A stretch of 64,000 nt of DNA from assembly GCF_008831285.2 (NCBI RefSeq), contig NC_045138.2, forward strand, positions 11,160,001-11,224,000. The letters are read 5' to 3'. A program made the position numbers and the translations under genes. The notes beneath the pieces are model-generated. The model was not told where the DNA came from. It searched no databases and worked only from the letters and a program-made list of their open reading frames with translations. This document shows positions 11,486 to 26,100 of this stretch, piece by piece. The DNA comes from Nymphaea colorata (taxonomy: Eukaryota). The stretch's first letter is position 1. Each line of letters begins with the position of its first letter.

Positions 11486-13698
11486 GGCCCTTCCTTGGTT
11501 GAGTTTACGACTCAGTGAATGTCTATTTGGCCAGTTAGTCGAGAATTCCGAGAACATAGAGGCACTCTACATCCATCGTGGTGTTTCATTCATAGACAAC
11601 CGGATGGGCTTCATGCATCAAGATTGAAGACACTTCCATAGAAATTGCACCGGTATAGATTTATAATTTGAAACGCACTTCAAAAACTTGTCACAAGAGT
11701 GTTGTCATATGCATGTCTAACAGCCATATCATATGATAAGCCTTGGCAGAGATTAGAAATGGTACAACACCTCCATTCTTGAGTTTCTATCTAAAAGCTC
11801 CCCTTAAAGAGCCTTAGACACTGTTAGGAGGCTTGTGAGACGGCAACAGAAAGATGTTGTGCCCTTGAGAAAGCAACAAATTGGGGTTATATTTGTGCTT
11901 GGGAGATTGACCTCGAATTGGAGAAAGTGTGTTTCCACTTGTCCTGCGGAAAGTGGTTTTCATTGTGAAAGGATTATATAATCTTTTGGTTTAACCGTAG
12001 ACTTAAGCCGTTTGGAAGATATACTTTCAAACAGTCCCACACGGAAATGGTACATGCTTTTGTAAAGTTGACGATCCTCCAAGAATAACTTGTAACTTTA
12101 GTAGACTGATTTTAACAAAAATTTCTCGTTTGAAGCATCATCTAAATGGATGCATGAAAATGTTGCCCCATGAACGTTTAAGCTAAAGAATTTCAATGCC
12201 TTTCATAGTTTATTGAAAATAGTCGACACCCATACCCGTATTAGCAACCGTACCTATAATACCTATCTAAAGATCATTAATTTTTTATTTTGTCCTTTTA
12301 TGATGTAAGAAAAAATGGATACTAAAAATATTGGTTGATCACAAACAATTCAACAAATTGTAAACTTGTCAGTAGAACGACGGCTTCAGAGTACTGGTCA
12401 TTTTTCAGGACTACATGTGCTAGTCAAGTCATTACATCAATCCATAGCTACAATATCGTAATATTTTCAAAAGTAGTGCAAAATTAACAAAAAATGAAAG
12501 ATACTTAAAAAACATTTGAAATCAAGTTATTGCCATTTTTTTGATTTATTTTTATTTCATTTTCTATTTTTATTTTTTTCATTGTTTGATCTCCTCTTAT
12601 TTTAGGTATTTAAAATTACTCATAAATGCAATATAATGCTTATTACTTTACATTTTTATATTTTTAACTAGATTTTTTTAATATATTCTTATTAGTTTCT
12701 CATTTATTGTACATTTACTTAACATTTTCTATGTTTTTAAAAAACTCTGAGATTTTCCTTGCCAAAAAGTATCCGAGAAAAATCTCATCGGTAAAAATCC
12801 GAGAACGATTGTTGTGGCTATGCGTCAATCTTAAGCTAAATTATCTTAGTAAGCTGGATGGAACAAAGTCAACTATAGAACAGTGCCAAAAATCATGAAG
12901 TAAATCTATAGTCATGCTTATGTGTGAAGTTTCGAGAAAATATAAATACAAAGGCGAGCTGATTCAGGCTACACAAAATAGATTTCATAGTAATATTTTG
13001 AAAAAATAGCAAAACCGAAAAATGCTTTGAGAAAAATGTCCTATTTGAAAGAACCAGCCAATTTCACTGTTGTTGGTGTTTCTAAATGCGTGAAGGAAGG
13101 AAGAGAAGACACAGGAATTACACAAAGGGCCATCTGCAGCAACTCAGGACATGTCCTAATATATGTCCAAGCCTGTGAAACAAGGCGCAGCAAAGCGGAA
13201 GCAGTAGGACCAAAATCATGAAGTAGATATTATCTATAAACATATATGACAAAGTTAATTAATCTAACACACAGAGGAAATAGGAAAAAAATAGATGTGC
13301 ACATCTTTACAAACGAGAGAACCAATATCTTGGCTTCTAGCATCAATTGTGTATGGGCATACATATAGCAATCATTAGAACTTCAACCAGATCTAGCTGA
13401 ATCAAAACTATGAAGTAGAATGGTAATGGCTCGGCATATGAATCCTTGGCAACATGTGTCCGGCAGGATTCGAAACTTGTCGAGTAAATGTCTGACTCGA
13501 GACTGAGCATGATTCACTGCATCGGCGTATGCCTCACGCTCATGTCGGACTCGTTGGATCAATAAAAGAGGAATCCCCTTATTATATGAACCCGGTCCAA
13601 ATTGGATCCATTTGCACCAGTCTCGGCCAGTTGACGACGACGGAGCGTTTCGTTGGCATGAACGACGGGTGGGCGATGTTGTCCAACCATTTCCACGT

Positions 13699-15558
13699 AT
13701 GAATTCTTTCGCCAAAGCTGTGCCGAACGTCCAAAGAAGCTGTTCGAATTTGATTGACGATTTCAGCAGGTTCTGCTATGGAAGAAATCTTGAAAAGGCC
13801 ATCACCAGGATGCATTTGCTCGAGGAGCATGGTGTTTTCGCTCACTATCTCACTTACGCTGAGCTCATCAGGTGCTGTGTGGACAGAGGAGCACTCTCTC
13901 AAGGTAAACTCGTTCACCAACATATTTCCTCAAATGGGTATCGCCCTAATACGTTTCTGCTCAACAATCTACTCAATATGTACGTTAGATTCAATTGTTT
14001 GGCTGATGCACGTAAACTGTTCGAGGGAATACCCCAGAGAAATGTCGTCTCCTGGACAACAATGATTACCTCCTGCGTCGATCATGGTTCCGATGATGAA
14101 GCATTGGAGCTTTTGGTTCGGATGTATAGAGACGGAACAAGACCAAACATGTTCACGTTTTCTTCTGTTCTTCGAGCTTGTCACGACTTGAGAACCCTGC
14201 AGCACTTGCAAGGTCGTATCATACAGAGTGGGTTGGAATCGGATGTCTTTGTTAGAAGTTCTTTGATCGACACGTACGCTAAGTGTGGTAGCTTGAGTGA
14301 TGCATATGACGTTTTTAACGAAATGGTTACTGGCGATTTGGTTGTGTGGAATTCTGTCATTGGTGCTGTGGCTCAGAATGGTGATGGCGATCAAGCTGTC
14401 GACCTTTTTAAGCAGATGAAACGTGTTGGATTCATACCGAATCAGGCAACTCTCGCCAGTGCTTTTAGAGCTTGTACTAGCTTAGTGCTTTTAGAGGTGG
14501 GCACGCAAGTGCATGCTCATGTTATCAAGTCTGAAAGAGATTTGATTGTGGAAAATGCTCTTCTGGATATGTACTGCAAGTGTGGAAATCTTGGAGAGGC
14601 AAAAACTGCATTTACAAGGATGGTTGTCAAGGACGTCATTTCTTGGAGCACGATGATAGTTGGCATGGCTCAAAATGGTTTTAGCAAGGAAGGTCTGCAT
14701 CTTTTTGAGTTGATGTTGAAGTCGGGGACAAATCCAAATGGTATTACCCTTGTTGGGGTTCTGTTTGCCTGCAGTCATGCTGGTCTGGTTGATGAAGGAT
14801 GGCATTTCTTTAGATCAATGAAAAGGCTTTATGGGATAGAACCTCAAATGGAGCATCACTGTTGCATGGTTGATCTTCTTGGACGTGCAGGGAAGCTTGA
14901 TGAAGCAATCAATTTCATTCATGAAACGCCAGGTAAAACTGATGCTGTTATCTGGAGGGCACTCCTTGGAGCATGCAGGGTTCATGGAAACGTCAAGCTT
15001 GCAGCTTATGTTGCAAATCAAGTTCTTGAACTGGAACCTGATGACGAGGGAACTTACATACTATTGTCAAATATTTATGCTGCTTCCTCCAACTGGAATG
15101 ATGTTTCTCGAGTTAGGAAGTCCATGAGAGACAGAGGAGTAAGAAAAGAGCCTGGTTGCAGTTGGATTGAAGTTGACAGAAAGCTGCATGCATTTACTTT
15201 AGGCGATAAATCACATCCCCAGATGGAGGCGATCAGCAATGAAATTGATAGACTGATCCAGAGAATAAGCAGCTTTGGCTACCTTCCTGATACAAATTTC
15301 GTATTGCATGATATTGAAAATGAACAGAAAGAAGATTCACTGCGTTATCATAGTGAGAAACTGGCAGTGGCCTTTGGCCTGATCAGTATTACTAAGGAAA
15401 AACCTATTAGGATCATGAAGAACCTAAGAATATGTGGGGATTGTCATAATTTTGTTAAACTTGTTGCAAAAAGTGAAAGTAGGACAATTGTGGTAAGGGA
15501 TGCCATCCGTTTCCATCATTTCAAAGATGGTGCTTGTTCCTGCAGGGATTACTGGTGA
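13699..15558 (+). CDS. REME1: PLS-class PPR-DYW protein, REME1/At2g03880-like mitochondrial RNA-editing factor (intronless)
   Basis: PLS repeats, PG box, HSEKLA...CGDCH and terminal CSCRDYW. LESDVFVRSSLID, FNEMVTGDLVVWNSVIG and QATLASAFRACT resemble At2g03880 as I recall it. The track start at 13612 is a TTG; the first in-frame ATG is at 13699. Confidence 0.88.
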   Translation: MNSFAKAVPNVQRSCSNLIDDFSRFCYGRNLEKAITRMHLLEEHGVFAHYLTYAELIRCCVDRGALSQGKLVHQHISSNGYRPNTFLLNNLLNMYVRFNCLADARKLFEGIPQRNVVSWTTMITSCVDHGSDDEALELLVRMYRDGTRPNMFTFSSVLRACHDLRTLQHLQGRIIQSGLESDVFVRSSLIDTYAKCGSLSDAYDVFNEMVTGDLVVWNSVIGAVAQNGDGDQAVDLFKQMKRVGFIPNQATLASAFRACTSLVLLEVGTQVHAHVIKSERDLIVENALLDMYCKCGNLGEAKTAFTRMVVKDVISWSTMIVGMAQNGFSKEGLHLFELMLKSGTNPNGITLVGVLFACSHAGLVDEGWHFFRSMKRLYGIEPQMEHHCCMVDLLGRAGKLDEAINFIHETPGKTDAVIWRALLGACRVHGNVKLAAYVANQVLELEPDDEGTYILLSNIYAASSNWNDVSRVRKSMRDRGVRKEPGCSWIEVDRKLHAFTLGDKSHPQMEAISNEIDRLIQRISSFGYLPDTNFVLHDIENEQKEDSLRYHSEKLAVAFGLISITKEKPIRIMKNLRICGDCHNFVKLVAKSESRTIVVRDAIRFHHFKDGACSCRDYW

Positions 15559-16097
15559 AAACGTGGACTTCAGAAACTCTTTTCTGAAATTTCTACTGCT
15601 TGATGGTTGCTGTCAGAATCCTGAAGAGCATGTTTTAAGCCTCTAGAAGCACTCTGTGTATATAGTTTACCAATCTTCTAAATTCACCGAAGAAAGTGGG
15701 GATGCTTGGATCACAATAATTCCAGCTCTTGGAGCCATATTGCCTGTTGAGGAAATTTATCTGGCACTGCAATTTATTAAGTTGCGTATGGTTGACATTA
15801 CCAAGTTTAAATTAAACTATATTCTTGGAGTTCTGACTTTGAACATCTCCATCTTGTTAACCAGTAAACAACAGAAGCCACCCTGTGATCTTGTGCAGAG
15901 CGATTGTAGTTAATCATCCCTAATCCATATTTAACCAGCTTTGGCAGGTCTCGCGTTATAGTTGTTCCAACAGATCAATGATGACACCGACTCAGGATCG
16001 CTGGTACCTGTATGCAAAATTTGGTTGACCAATTTTATTGGACTTCAAAAGTTTGGAAGGCCCACAATGGGCTTGCAATTCTCTACCCATGCATTCT

Positions 16098-19000
16098 AAA
16101 TGTTATCCACATCGTAGGATATGTACGTATCGTACAGGTTTAGAAAACCTATATGGTACGCTTATGATAAATGATATGCTCATGTATCATAAGTATATTG
16201 CTCGTATGCAAGTGATACTCCTTCATTTTTTTCGTACGATACAAGACAAAAATGCAAAAGGAACCAGAGGCCTCTTTTTGCGTGTGTATTTTTAAATGTT
16301 ACTCTTCCTTCCTCCCTCTTTCTAAACATTCTATAAGCCGTAGAAGGGAGAGGTTTTGCCAGTTTTCAACCAAAAGAGAGAGAGAGAGAGAGAGAAACCA
16401 GCGATTTGTTGGAGAACTCGCGGTGGGAAAAGTTTTCTCATGGTGTGAATGGTGTGAGGCTTGGAGAAAGATGGATAAATCATTGATTTCTCTTATTTCT
16501 TACAATTAATTGTAGGTTTTACTTGTTTTGTGAAGATATTAACAGATCTTGTTTGGCAATGGTGTATAAGGGTGGATCCCAATAAGGCTGGGCGTCGGGC
16601 CGGGTTTGGGGCAGGAAATTCTCGGCCCGTGCCGGGCATGGGCCCGACAGCCAGGCCCGGGTCGGCCCGGTAAGTTAAAAATATATATATATTTTAATTT
16701 TTTTGTTTTAATAATATTTTTTTATTCTTAATAAATATATTTTATATTAAAAAATGTTATTTTATAATTAAAAAATATTTTTTAAATTTAAATGGGCCGG
16801 GTTGGGCCCGGAACGAGACCCGGGCCGGCCCTTACCGGGCCGGGCCGATACCCACCACTAGATCCCAAAGATTTGTTAAAAATGAAGTATAATTTTTGTA
16901 AGCAAATGATATCAAGATGAATTTCTCATTTAAACACCATTTAACTGGTACACACTAAGATGTGGCTCAGTGCACTATTTCCCCGTAGAACTCATTGCCA
17001 CCCTATGTGAAAGATCAACATATGAAACTTATTAATGTCGTGAAAGCAAATAAGATTGAGAAAAACAATGAATGAGGCTGAAACAGGATCTGAGGAGCTT
17101 TATGAAGAGGAAGGAAGCAAAGGTGAAGATGTTGAGCTCGAAAAAGAGGATGTTGGTCGAACAAGTAAAGGGAAATATAATATATAGAGGCTGTTTTTCA
17201 ACTTCAGCTAGAAAGGAAAGAGGTGCATGTCTAGGTCTAGGTATAAGTACAACTTTACCAAGATGTGGGCAGGAGTCTTGGTTGTACTAGTAGAACTGGT
17301 GGTAAAGTACCAATTGGGAGGTCAAATATTGGAATTGGTTCGATCAAATTTTTTTTCCAGTTTATATTGCTGCAAGTGTTCAGCCTAAGATTTGTATAAT
17401 CATGTGTTCAAGGGACATTGTCAATGCAAAAAAGATACTATAGGGAGGTGGTTCTATGATGTATGCATTCCTTTTAATGTAGCCAACTCTGTTCATTTTC
17501 AGCCTATATCAATGTGATCACTTTTATAGGTCACAGGTATAAAATATCCACTTATCATAAATTGTGAAGCAACACTCTTAATAATGCAGTTAAAGATGTC
17601 GAGACATATTAAAATAAGCTGGAATGACACATGATGTAGTGTGATGACAAACATGCTATACATAAAGAACAAAACTTTGCCCCTTCGGTATAATGTTGTT
17701 AAAATCCACTGATTTGTTTGATATTTCTAAGGTTCTTGTTGTTTTCTAAGATATTTTTGATAAAATTGTATAAGAAGTTGAGAAAAAAAATGTCATGCAA
17801 TTTATTACATATAATACGACAAATTATAAAACTACAAGTGAAATGTTGCAGCACAATATATGACATTTTATTACAGTCTATGTGTTGTTCACTATGTAAA
17901 TCTAATGCTTCAAGATAGTTCAAAGATGTTGAGAAATAATGAAGTTTATCTATATTCATGCATCAGTTTTGAACTTGATAAAAAAAATTCACAAATGGGG
18001 TTGAATCGATTCAACCTATATAAACATAATTTGCCACAAATGTTTTGACTGTGCATGGTATAGTCAAGTAGAGAAATCCTCTTAGCAAATATTTTCAAGT
18101 GACGATTGGGCTTCATGTCCACTACATATAAAAGAAAGGCAACAATAGTTGTGGATACTAATCATATGTGAACTTATTAAAGATTTGTATACTTTTAGTG
18201 AAAGTCCCTCGTGAAGTTAGACCTCCTATTGGATATTGATGTGAGGCTATAGACAAAGCAATGGAGGTCATTAGAAATAATTTGAAAGAAACAAAAAAAA
18301 AAAGTGGTACATGCCTATATAGAAAATTGTAAATGAAAAGTAGTATGGACAACTTCATTGTCTACTTCATATAGCAGCCTACTATGTAAATCCTGCTAGT
18401 AGAATTCTTCCTTCTTTTATTGAATGATAAAGAGGTTGAGCATGGTATGTTGTACTGTATTAAGATATTGTTTAGTGAAAAAACAAAATGTTGTCCACAT
18501 ATTGATCAGTAAATATGATACTTGTTATGGTAACATCGGGAGATGTACAACAATTTGATGCAAGACAACCTTGTGTCTAGGTAGTAGAAAAAACAGATGT
18601 TATCTTATCTACTTTTTGTTTGTTATTATTTGTGGTTTCTCATACTTCATGTATTTAGTATTTACTTTCCTGAAGTGGATTTCAGCATGTCCATAGTAAG
18701 AAGCGAAATAGATTGGAAGATAAAAGGTTGATTGACTTTGTCTTCATCGGATACAATATGAAGTTAAGACAAATGTAAGTTAAATATGTTTGTTATACAA
18801 AATTGCAAATTAGAATATGTATTTTAACAATTTGTTAATTTTTTTTTCTTGTTGAACTTTAAGCAATTAGAAGCAGCATTTGTAAAGAAGTATCACACTC
18901 GGTTTGATCTCATGAGGATAGACAATTTTGATGTATTGTATTCTTGAGTTGAAAAGAATCATCTGCTATCCTTGAAGAGGATGATTATGATTTTCTAAAT

Positions 19001-19480
19001 ATTGAAGGAGCAGCAGAGCTTTTGAAGAAGGAGAGCCATGGAATGTTGGTGATGACATTCCATTAGAAGGAATTGAAATAATTAATGAAGAAAATGATAA
19101 TGAACATGAGGATGAGGGACTAGCCACTTGATGACTTGTACAAGAAAAATATAACTTAATGGTTGTATGCTTTGCAGAAATGAGAAAGAAAGTTTTTTCA
19201 TATTCCTGAAGTTATACCCATGTATGTTGCATTAAATTCTAAGTTGACTTACCAAGAAAAATCATCCCTGTTTCTTTACTGTGCGAGTCCCTAAAAATAT
19301 ATAAAGTTATTTCCTCATTTAAGTATTGATCTTAGTGACTTCTAACTATGTTTTAAAGATATATATATTAGTGTTGATATTTTATTATAGTGTCTAGAGT
19401 CATTGAAACATATAAAAAAAATAGTCAATTTTGGTGCAAAAGGCATTAGTAGTGAAGAATGATAATGTGTCAATTCATTG
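16098..19480 (+). mobile_element. Decayed hAT-superfamily transposon (BED finger, DUF659-like core, C-terminal dimerisation remnants)
   Basis: Fragmentary translations: WQWCIRVDPKDLLKMKYNFCKQ (16554-16905, after removing the MITE), IGRWFYDVCIPFNVANSVHFQP (~17440-17505) and HVHSKKRNRLEDKRLIDFVFIGYNMKL (~18686-18767). Many stops; boundaries are approximate. Confidence 0.8.
16583..16860. mobile_element. GC-rich-ended hAT MITE (278 bp)
   Basis: Perfect 8-bp TSD gatcccaa at 16575-16582 and 16861-16868; gggccggg/cccggccc-rich ends, AT-rich core, imperfect TIRs. Confidence 0.88.
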
Positions 19481-22029
19481 TTGTTCAAATTTATTGTCGA
19501 CAAGTTGTCCCACTTTGTAAGAAACTTTTAATATCATTGTAAATATGGAGCACAATGGAAGTTTTAGTTTCATATATGTTCGATCTCTAAAGTCTAAGGA
19601 TCCGCCCATTATGGGTAGCATAGGATCTAGACTCGATATTGAATGTCCTAACGCAGGATTTTTTGTTGTCTCATGAGTCATGATGAGAAAATTGAAACCA
19701 AAAAAGAATTCATAGAGGCACAAAGGAAAGGAAACTTAACGCATGAATTGAATGCACACATTTGGGAGATATATACATCGTCTCTTTCATTCTAATGGTG
19801 GGGAATGTGTGCATTGCAGTGAAGATTGTGGATAGTTGCGTCTTCTTCATTGTTGGATAGGGCTGTCTCTGTTGGGTTATAGAGTTGTCTTTCTGCTGTT
19901 GGTTAGACCTGAAAGGTAAGCTTTTTGCCCATGTTTGATTTATATTATGTGGGCATGTGTTTTATAGATTTGACAATTAGCATTACATGTGGTGACATGG
20001 TTTATAAAGACTCGTGAATTTATTGTTAAATGCAGTTAGGCCGTACAAGCTAATGTTATTTAATGAAAAAACTACAAGCAGGTGCTGCTCAAACTTTCAC
20101 CTTCATCAAATGGCTGCTCAAGTTTGGAGCCATCCCCCGTGGAGTTAGTGCAAAGCTAAAATGCAACTAGTTTTTGTTTTGAATTCCCAAACTGTCAACT
20201 GCAAAAGGAAAGTCACCAAGAGTCACCAGCACACAATATGAAGCCTAAGTGAGAGCGACATCCTGACACATCGAAAAAAATAAGCCTTGTATTTGAGACG
20301 AGGAGTTGGACAGAGGCTTCAACTTTCTGATGGACGTTGGAAAACCCCGCTCAACCGAAGTCTTTAGAATTGACAATGCCTACCTCGCCGGACATAATTT
20401 TTGCGAAGGTGGGCATCTTCAGCCATGTCTGAGGATCAGTCGATATGAGGCTAATCGATGATAATATTGCCATGTAGCAGTCATCCAATGGGCCAGATCC
20501 TTTCCAAAAACCAGTTCAGACCTTGAGAACATCATTTTTGCAGCTGAAGCTTAATTTCACTTTTTCCTTTATTTTTGAAGATAGGCGAAGGGGGAAGATT
20601 GATCGGTCTTTTTGGGGTGTGAGATTTGAGGGCGTCTAAGGTGGCGATCAGACGGGTTGCAGCTTAGCTTCCTAATTTCTGCAAACCCTGCTGTACTCCA
20701 CTCCATTACGCCCGTTTCACAGAAGGGCAGGCCGCGACCTCTTTGTATTTTTAACTTCTTGTTTCATTACCTTTAGGAATGGCGGTACCCACAGCCACCA
20801 AACTTGGCAAAATGCTTGAGCGCAGATGTGTAATTATTCTTTTTGTTGTTTAAATGTGGATTAAGCTATTGTGTTTCAATTAAGCTGATGCAGAGTGGGC
20901 TGTGCTTGCACGTTGCAGGACGTATTTAATATGAAGGTGCATCATGGGGACCGGGACGTGATGGTCCCTGCCATCATATGCAAGTGGGGAATTGGCATCT
21001 TCAGCTTTTGGTCGATGAGAAAAAATTGGAAAATGGAGTCTCCTTCCACGGTAGAAAGTCAAAGTTTCCACCCAACCCGTCCTTTTTTTTTAGCGGCTGT
21101 TTCACAATAGGAACAACATTGTGTTATTGTTCCATGAATCTATCCTAAAAATTAGAGCATATTCATAAAACATTTTTCTAAATATTTTATGATCATAACT
21201 TAATTTTTGGAATAGATTTGTGGAAAAGTAACATATTTTTACTGTTACTAAAGGACCTTTTGACAATATACTTTTGGTGTTGAAATGGACAGTGACTACA
21301 TACCAGCCCTTACCCCAAGCCACAACGCCAACCTTCTTGGGGACGAGGAAGTCTCACTCCACTCCCCGTGATAGTACCCAAGCGAGAAGAGTTCATCGGA
21401 AAGAATAAGGCCTCCTAGAAAAAGATATGGGAGTGCTTGCATGGAGATCGATGGTTGTGGTTGTGGACCTTCTCAAAAAAGAGTACCGTTCAAAGCATTA
21501 GGAGGGGATTGAAGCAAAATTCGTGGCTACCTGCTACCTTCCCTACAGTCATTCGGATGATTGGAATATGAGGAATAGGGTAATCTAACCTTGTCCTCCA
21601 AAGCAGACCAAGTTATTATATGAGAAGCTAAGTTTGTGGCAGGTTCATTTATGATGATGCTGTGTAACTTTAGTTAGTTGCTCGAACAGAGGTTGCAGCA
21701 TTGCTGGACCGAGGTTTGTCAATGTACTATCAAGGGGTTCTCTTCCTCAAAAGCGTCTTGAGATATCCTTCAAAGCCAGCCATTTCTCCTTAGGAGTTAG
21801 TGATTGACAATTTTATCTATCAGCATATCTTCGTTGTTCAACATGCATATCATTTCTGATGACAAAACTCTGTTAAAAATCCTGGCACTTCTCTTTTCTA
21901 AATAATGCTGCCTAAAACAGAAATGTACGATGGTACGCGTACACTTTATGGATGCTCTAAAGTATGTCAGCTACATTTTAGGAAATAAAACAAGAGAAAG
22001 TGTCTACACCACGCCCCCCCTCTCTCTCT

Positions 22030-22081
<52 letters not shown>

Positions 22082-23123
22082 GGAGAGAGAGCAGTTGGAA
22101 GGGATTGAAAATCGACTGGCCAACTGCACACCGTAGATGTCCAGGTACCAATTCCCCATTCATCAAGAAAGAGTTACCGTCACTTCAGTCAAGCGGCAAG
22201 GAGCACACAACCAATGTCAATCCCTCAAGCCCCATCAACCTGAAACGTAAAGCTGATCTAGCTGCTCCAGCAAGTTTTTCAATAAATTTATTGCCTTGCA
22301 ACTGTTGGCAATAAAAATTGTTTCGATATTCTTGGCAAGTCGAAGAGACGGAGACCATCACCAAAGAGTTCTGCAGCCTACACTGTAAGGAGGCAATGAT
22401 AGGTATGAGAGGCCAAACTAACACGTAGTCCTCCCATTCCAGTGGTTTCTCTGTTCGGAAAAAAGTTGTGTTATTCCATTTCCACCATTCCATGGTTCTG
22501 TATAAAGATTACTTCACCCTGTTTGCCTTAGTACAGTTGATACATTGGGATTTGATTATTTTTTATGAATATCAACATCCTCACAACATGATGAAAGCTT
22601 TTGATAGATGTATCAAGTTGACATTTCGTATTTCAATGAGCAGGACGAGATCAGACTTTCATTCAGCTTGTAGACTTCCAAACTCACATTGCACCTTGGG
22701 TATTTTCCCGGGGCATCTCACTGGTGCCAACAGACATTTGCCCACCATGTTAAACACGCACCTATTCTTAATAATTTATATAACCACATTCTATCCTTTA
22801 CGAGTTTGATTTTTCTGGTGTATAGGTAAAAAGCCTAGTCCAATATGTTGCATTTAGCAGTTGAAAACGTTGTCATTTGCAAAGGTAACTAATATGCCTT
22901 AACTGCGCTGCTAATGAACATGATTGATTTAGCTTCAATGTAATCATATGAGAGTTCACCAAGATCTGCACATGCAGACCCTGATAAAAAGTTAGAATCA
23001 TGACCATCCTGAGATTGAAAACAACTGCCTTTCCTCACAGATAAAAGAATAAAAGTTCAATTTTTCATGAACAAGCAAGAAAATAACTCCCAATACTTGT
23101 TCTCTCATGGTGAAGAACCACAA

Positions 23124-26100
23124 TCAAAGTGGAGAACTTTCGAATGCTGTGCCACTGCTCCAGAATGATGCATCATCAGACGCCTCTGCTGAATTAGGGC
23201 TTGCATTTTGAAATAAATGAAGAAGCGCAGCAACCACTTCAGAGATCTGTGGTCGAGATTCTGGCTCAGACTGTCAATAATTGAAGAGGGTTAAAAAACC
23301 AGATGTACTAGATAAGATTGACAATAACCATAAATCAACTAGATATTTACACTTGGACATGGAAAAATGTTTATGAAAGAAAACTAGGAACTGTAATGTT
23401 TTTTCTTATTCATTTCTACAAGTTTACATGTCACTCTTCACATATATGTTTGAAAAATTGAAACTTCATTCTGGGATCAGTCTTTTAATTTTATGGTACC
23501 TGAACACAAGCAACAGCGATGTCTGCAAATTGTAAAAGAAAACTTGACGAGATGCCACAAATTGCAGGATCAACTATTTCCATTAATGCCTTAGAATCTT
23601 GTCTCCGTGAACCAAACCATCTGACTAGATATTGCTCACATCTCGGCAGCAAACTGTAAAAACAATAGAAAAGATCATAGCCATAATTTTGCATGATGAG
23701 GAAACTAAGGAATAAAAGTTCATGACTGGAGTTTCAAATGTATTAGACATAAAAAGGTAAGGGTGGAAAATACTCTACTTCTATCAAAGAACAAAAGGAA
23801 ATTAAAACTCATGTATATAAGTCTTGAACTGTATAGTTTAATTGTTAATGTGAAAGATAAAAGAATGCTGATTTGGATGAATACAGATTTAGAGGTAACT
23901 GCAGCGATAATACAAGGGGAAAAGAAGGTGCAGCCAACCCTGTCACTCTACTACTCCTAGCATGCAACAAGAACATGCGATGCAGGACCCAGTGCAGCAA
24001 AGAGAACAAGAGGAAAGCTACACAATGAATGAGTCAGGGGTCTGGCAGCAAGACTCTAGGCAGTCAGCCATATGAAAGAAGGTACAGCAACTAAGAGCCT
24101 TTGAAGTGTACCTGTTATGGAATTTGCAAAGATCTGAGGGGATTTGGCACCAATAAATTGGCTTTTCAGTACTTTCAGCATTGATCATTAAATTTCTGTA
24201 ATGAAATTGAGAAAACAACCGGGCCAAGACCATTTATGAAAAGGAGGAATGAAGAATTTAAGATATACATGGCCAAGGACAAGAATGTTTGTCATATCAA
24301 AGTATGTGTACAGAACCAAGTATATAGTTTCAGCACTGCAAGATTTAAGTTCAAATTTGTTGTAAAAGGCTTCTTCAAGAAACATAGAATAGATTATCAG
24401 AAGGCTAACTAGTCTTATTTTTGTTTAACGGAAAAGGATTAACTTGTCCCTTGCTACTGCAAATGGGTCTTGAACCAAATGACCTAAAACCCCTCAAGAA
24501 GGGGTTTGAAGGAATACACCTCCATGGAGCAACCTCAACGTTATTAGGAGAACGACCTAAGAGGGCCCAAATTGAAGTAAAGTACACGCCAGTTAACCAA
24601 GCCTCAGAAGTCCTGGTTTTGAAGCTTTGAAGTGAAAAATGAAGCAGAAAATCAGCTTTGATCCATTCTCCATCCATTCATATGATGAGGGACCACATGA
24701 TATTACTTGGATATATCTTGATGGTTCCACCACGTCCTTTATCACAATGACCATGTTGAAGGAACTAAATTCTTCTTCAATAAAGCATGTTGGAAAATTG
24801 AAGTAACTTTTGGGGATACAGGTGGATAAAGAACATAATGACCTTGCGCTCGTGCAACATAATATACAATGAATCAAATATTAGAAACCTCGCATGTGTT
24901 TTTCATTCTTCACTGAAGAAAAAATACAAGGGATAGACAAACGATGCTTCGTAAATACCAAAAATAAAAATGCAAAAGTAGTCAAAAGATATTTGAGTGA
25001 AGAGTTTCTAATACCTCCAGGTCCCTATGGATGTCTAATAAACAAGACGTAGTGAAAGGTTTCTAATATGAGTCATCAAACGGTAGACCCCTGCCTTTAA
25101 TTTTGTGGACTAAGCACTCTGTCCTATATCATGTTGACATTTGGATATCAGTCTTTATATTGTTGTTATACGGAGAAGTTTTGGCAATTGTGCTTTTCTT
25201 TGCAGCATTTCCATCACCATGATCGGCTTTGAGCACATCTCTATTAACTCCAGAAATCTGTATGAACTATCCTTCTATTACAATAATGAGATGTTAGGGA
25301 CATCCACACTAATTGTATAACATAGCAGATTCCCTTAGTTATGTCTGCAGAGACAGAATATGTCCTAGTATGTAATATATTTCCTCAGAAGCACTCATTC
25401 TGAAAACCTTCTCTAAGCTTAAATAAATGTAAGTCATGTCAAAGAAGGTTGGAAAGTCACAAAGTTCCCTTTACTATTCAAAATATCTCTTGGTGCATCT
25501 TATGACACATATGTAAACCTTATCTTGTGTGACACACCTTTTATTTAAAAATCAGATGAAAAAGCACATACCATAATCCGTCAAGATTAGATTAAAGCCG
25601 GTTATCGTCTTAATTATGTAGGAGAGCAGGTGCATATTATTTGATAAACTACCCTATGAATAAGAATATTAACCAGGTCAAGTAGATTAGAGGAATTATG
25701 AGTATTGCAAAGACACTGGGAGCAGTCAAGTTCAGATATACTAGAACCTGTCCTTTGGCTTTCGCTTTGTCAGCAGTTCCAACATTATGACGCCCAAGCT
25801 GTAAACATCACCTTTCTCACTGTATATTCCAACCATCGTTGATTCAGGTGCTGTGTAGCCAGATGAGTAGAACAACAAAGATGAGGTCTGTTGCACAAAC
25901 AGTTTCATTGTGAGGCCACAAACAAAAACACCTACAAAAGCTCCCAATGTTATCTGAATTCAAATAGCTTTCCAAGAAGAGACAGAATAGACAAAATTGT
26001 GTGCATCTTAATTACAAAATGTGCAGCATGACTTTCACACATAAAAATTTAGTAACCAAAAAAAAATAACAGGGATTTTCTAGTCACTTTTCTTGTATAA

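Noticed and set aside
13612..13698. N-terminal extensions from TTG starts (13612; also 5828 and 42931)
   Set aside because: The ORF track allows bacterial-style starts. The first ATGs give plausible N-termini and nothing supports non-AUG initiation.
20330..20760. LINE ORF1-like fragment on minus (DPQTWLKMPTFAKI)
   Set aside because: The similarity is too weak to support without a profile search.
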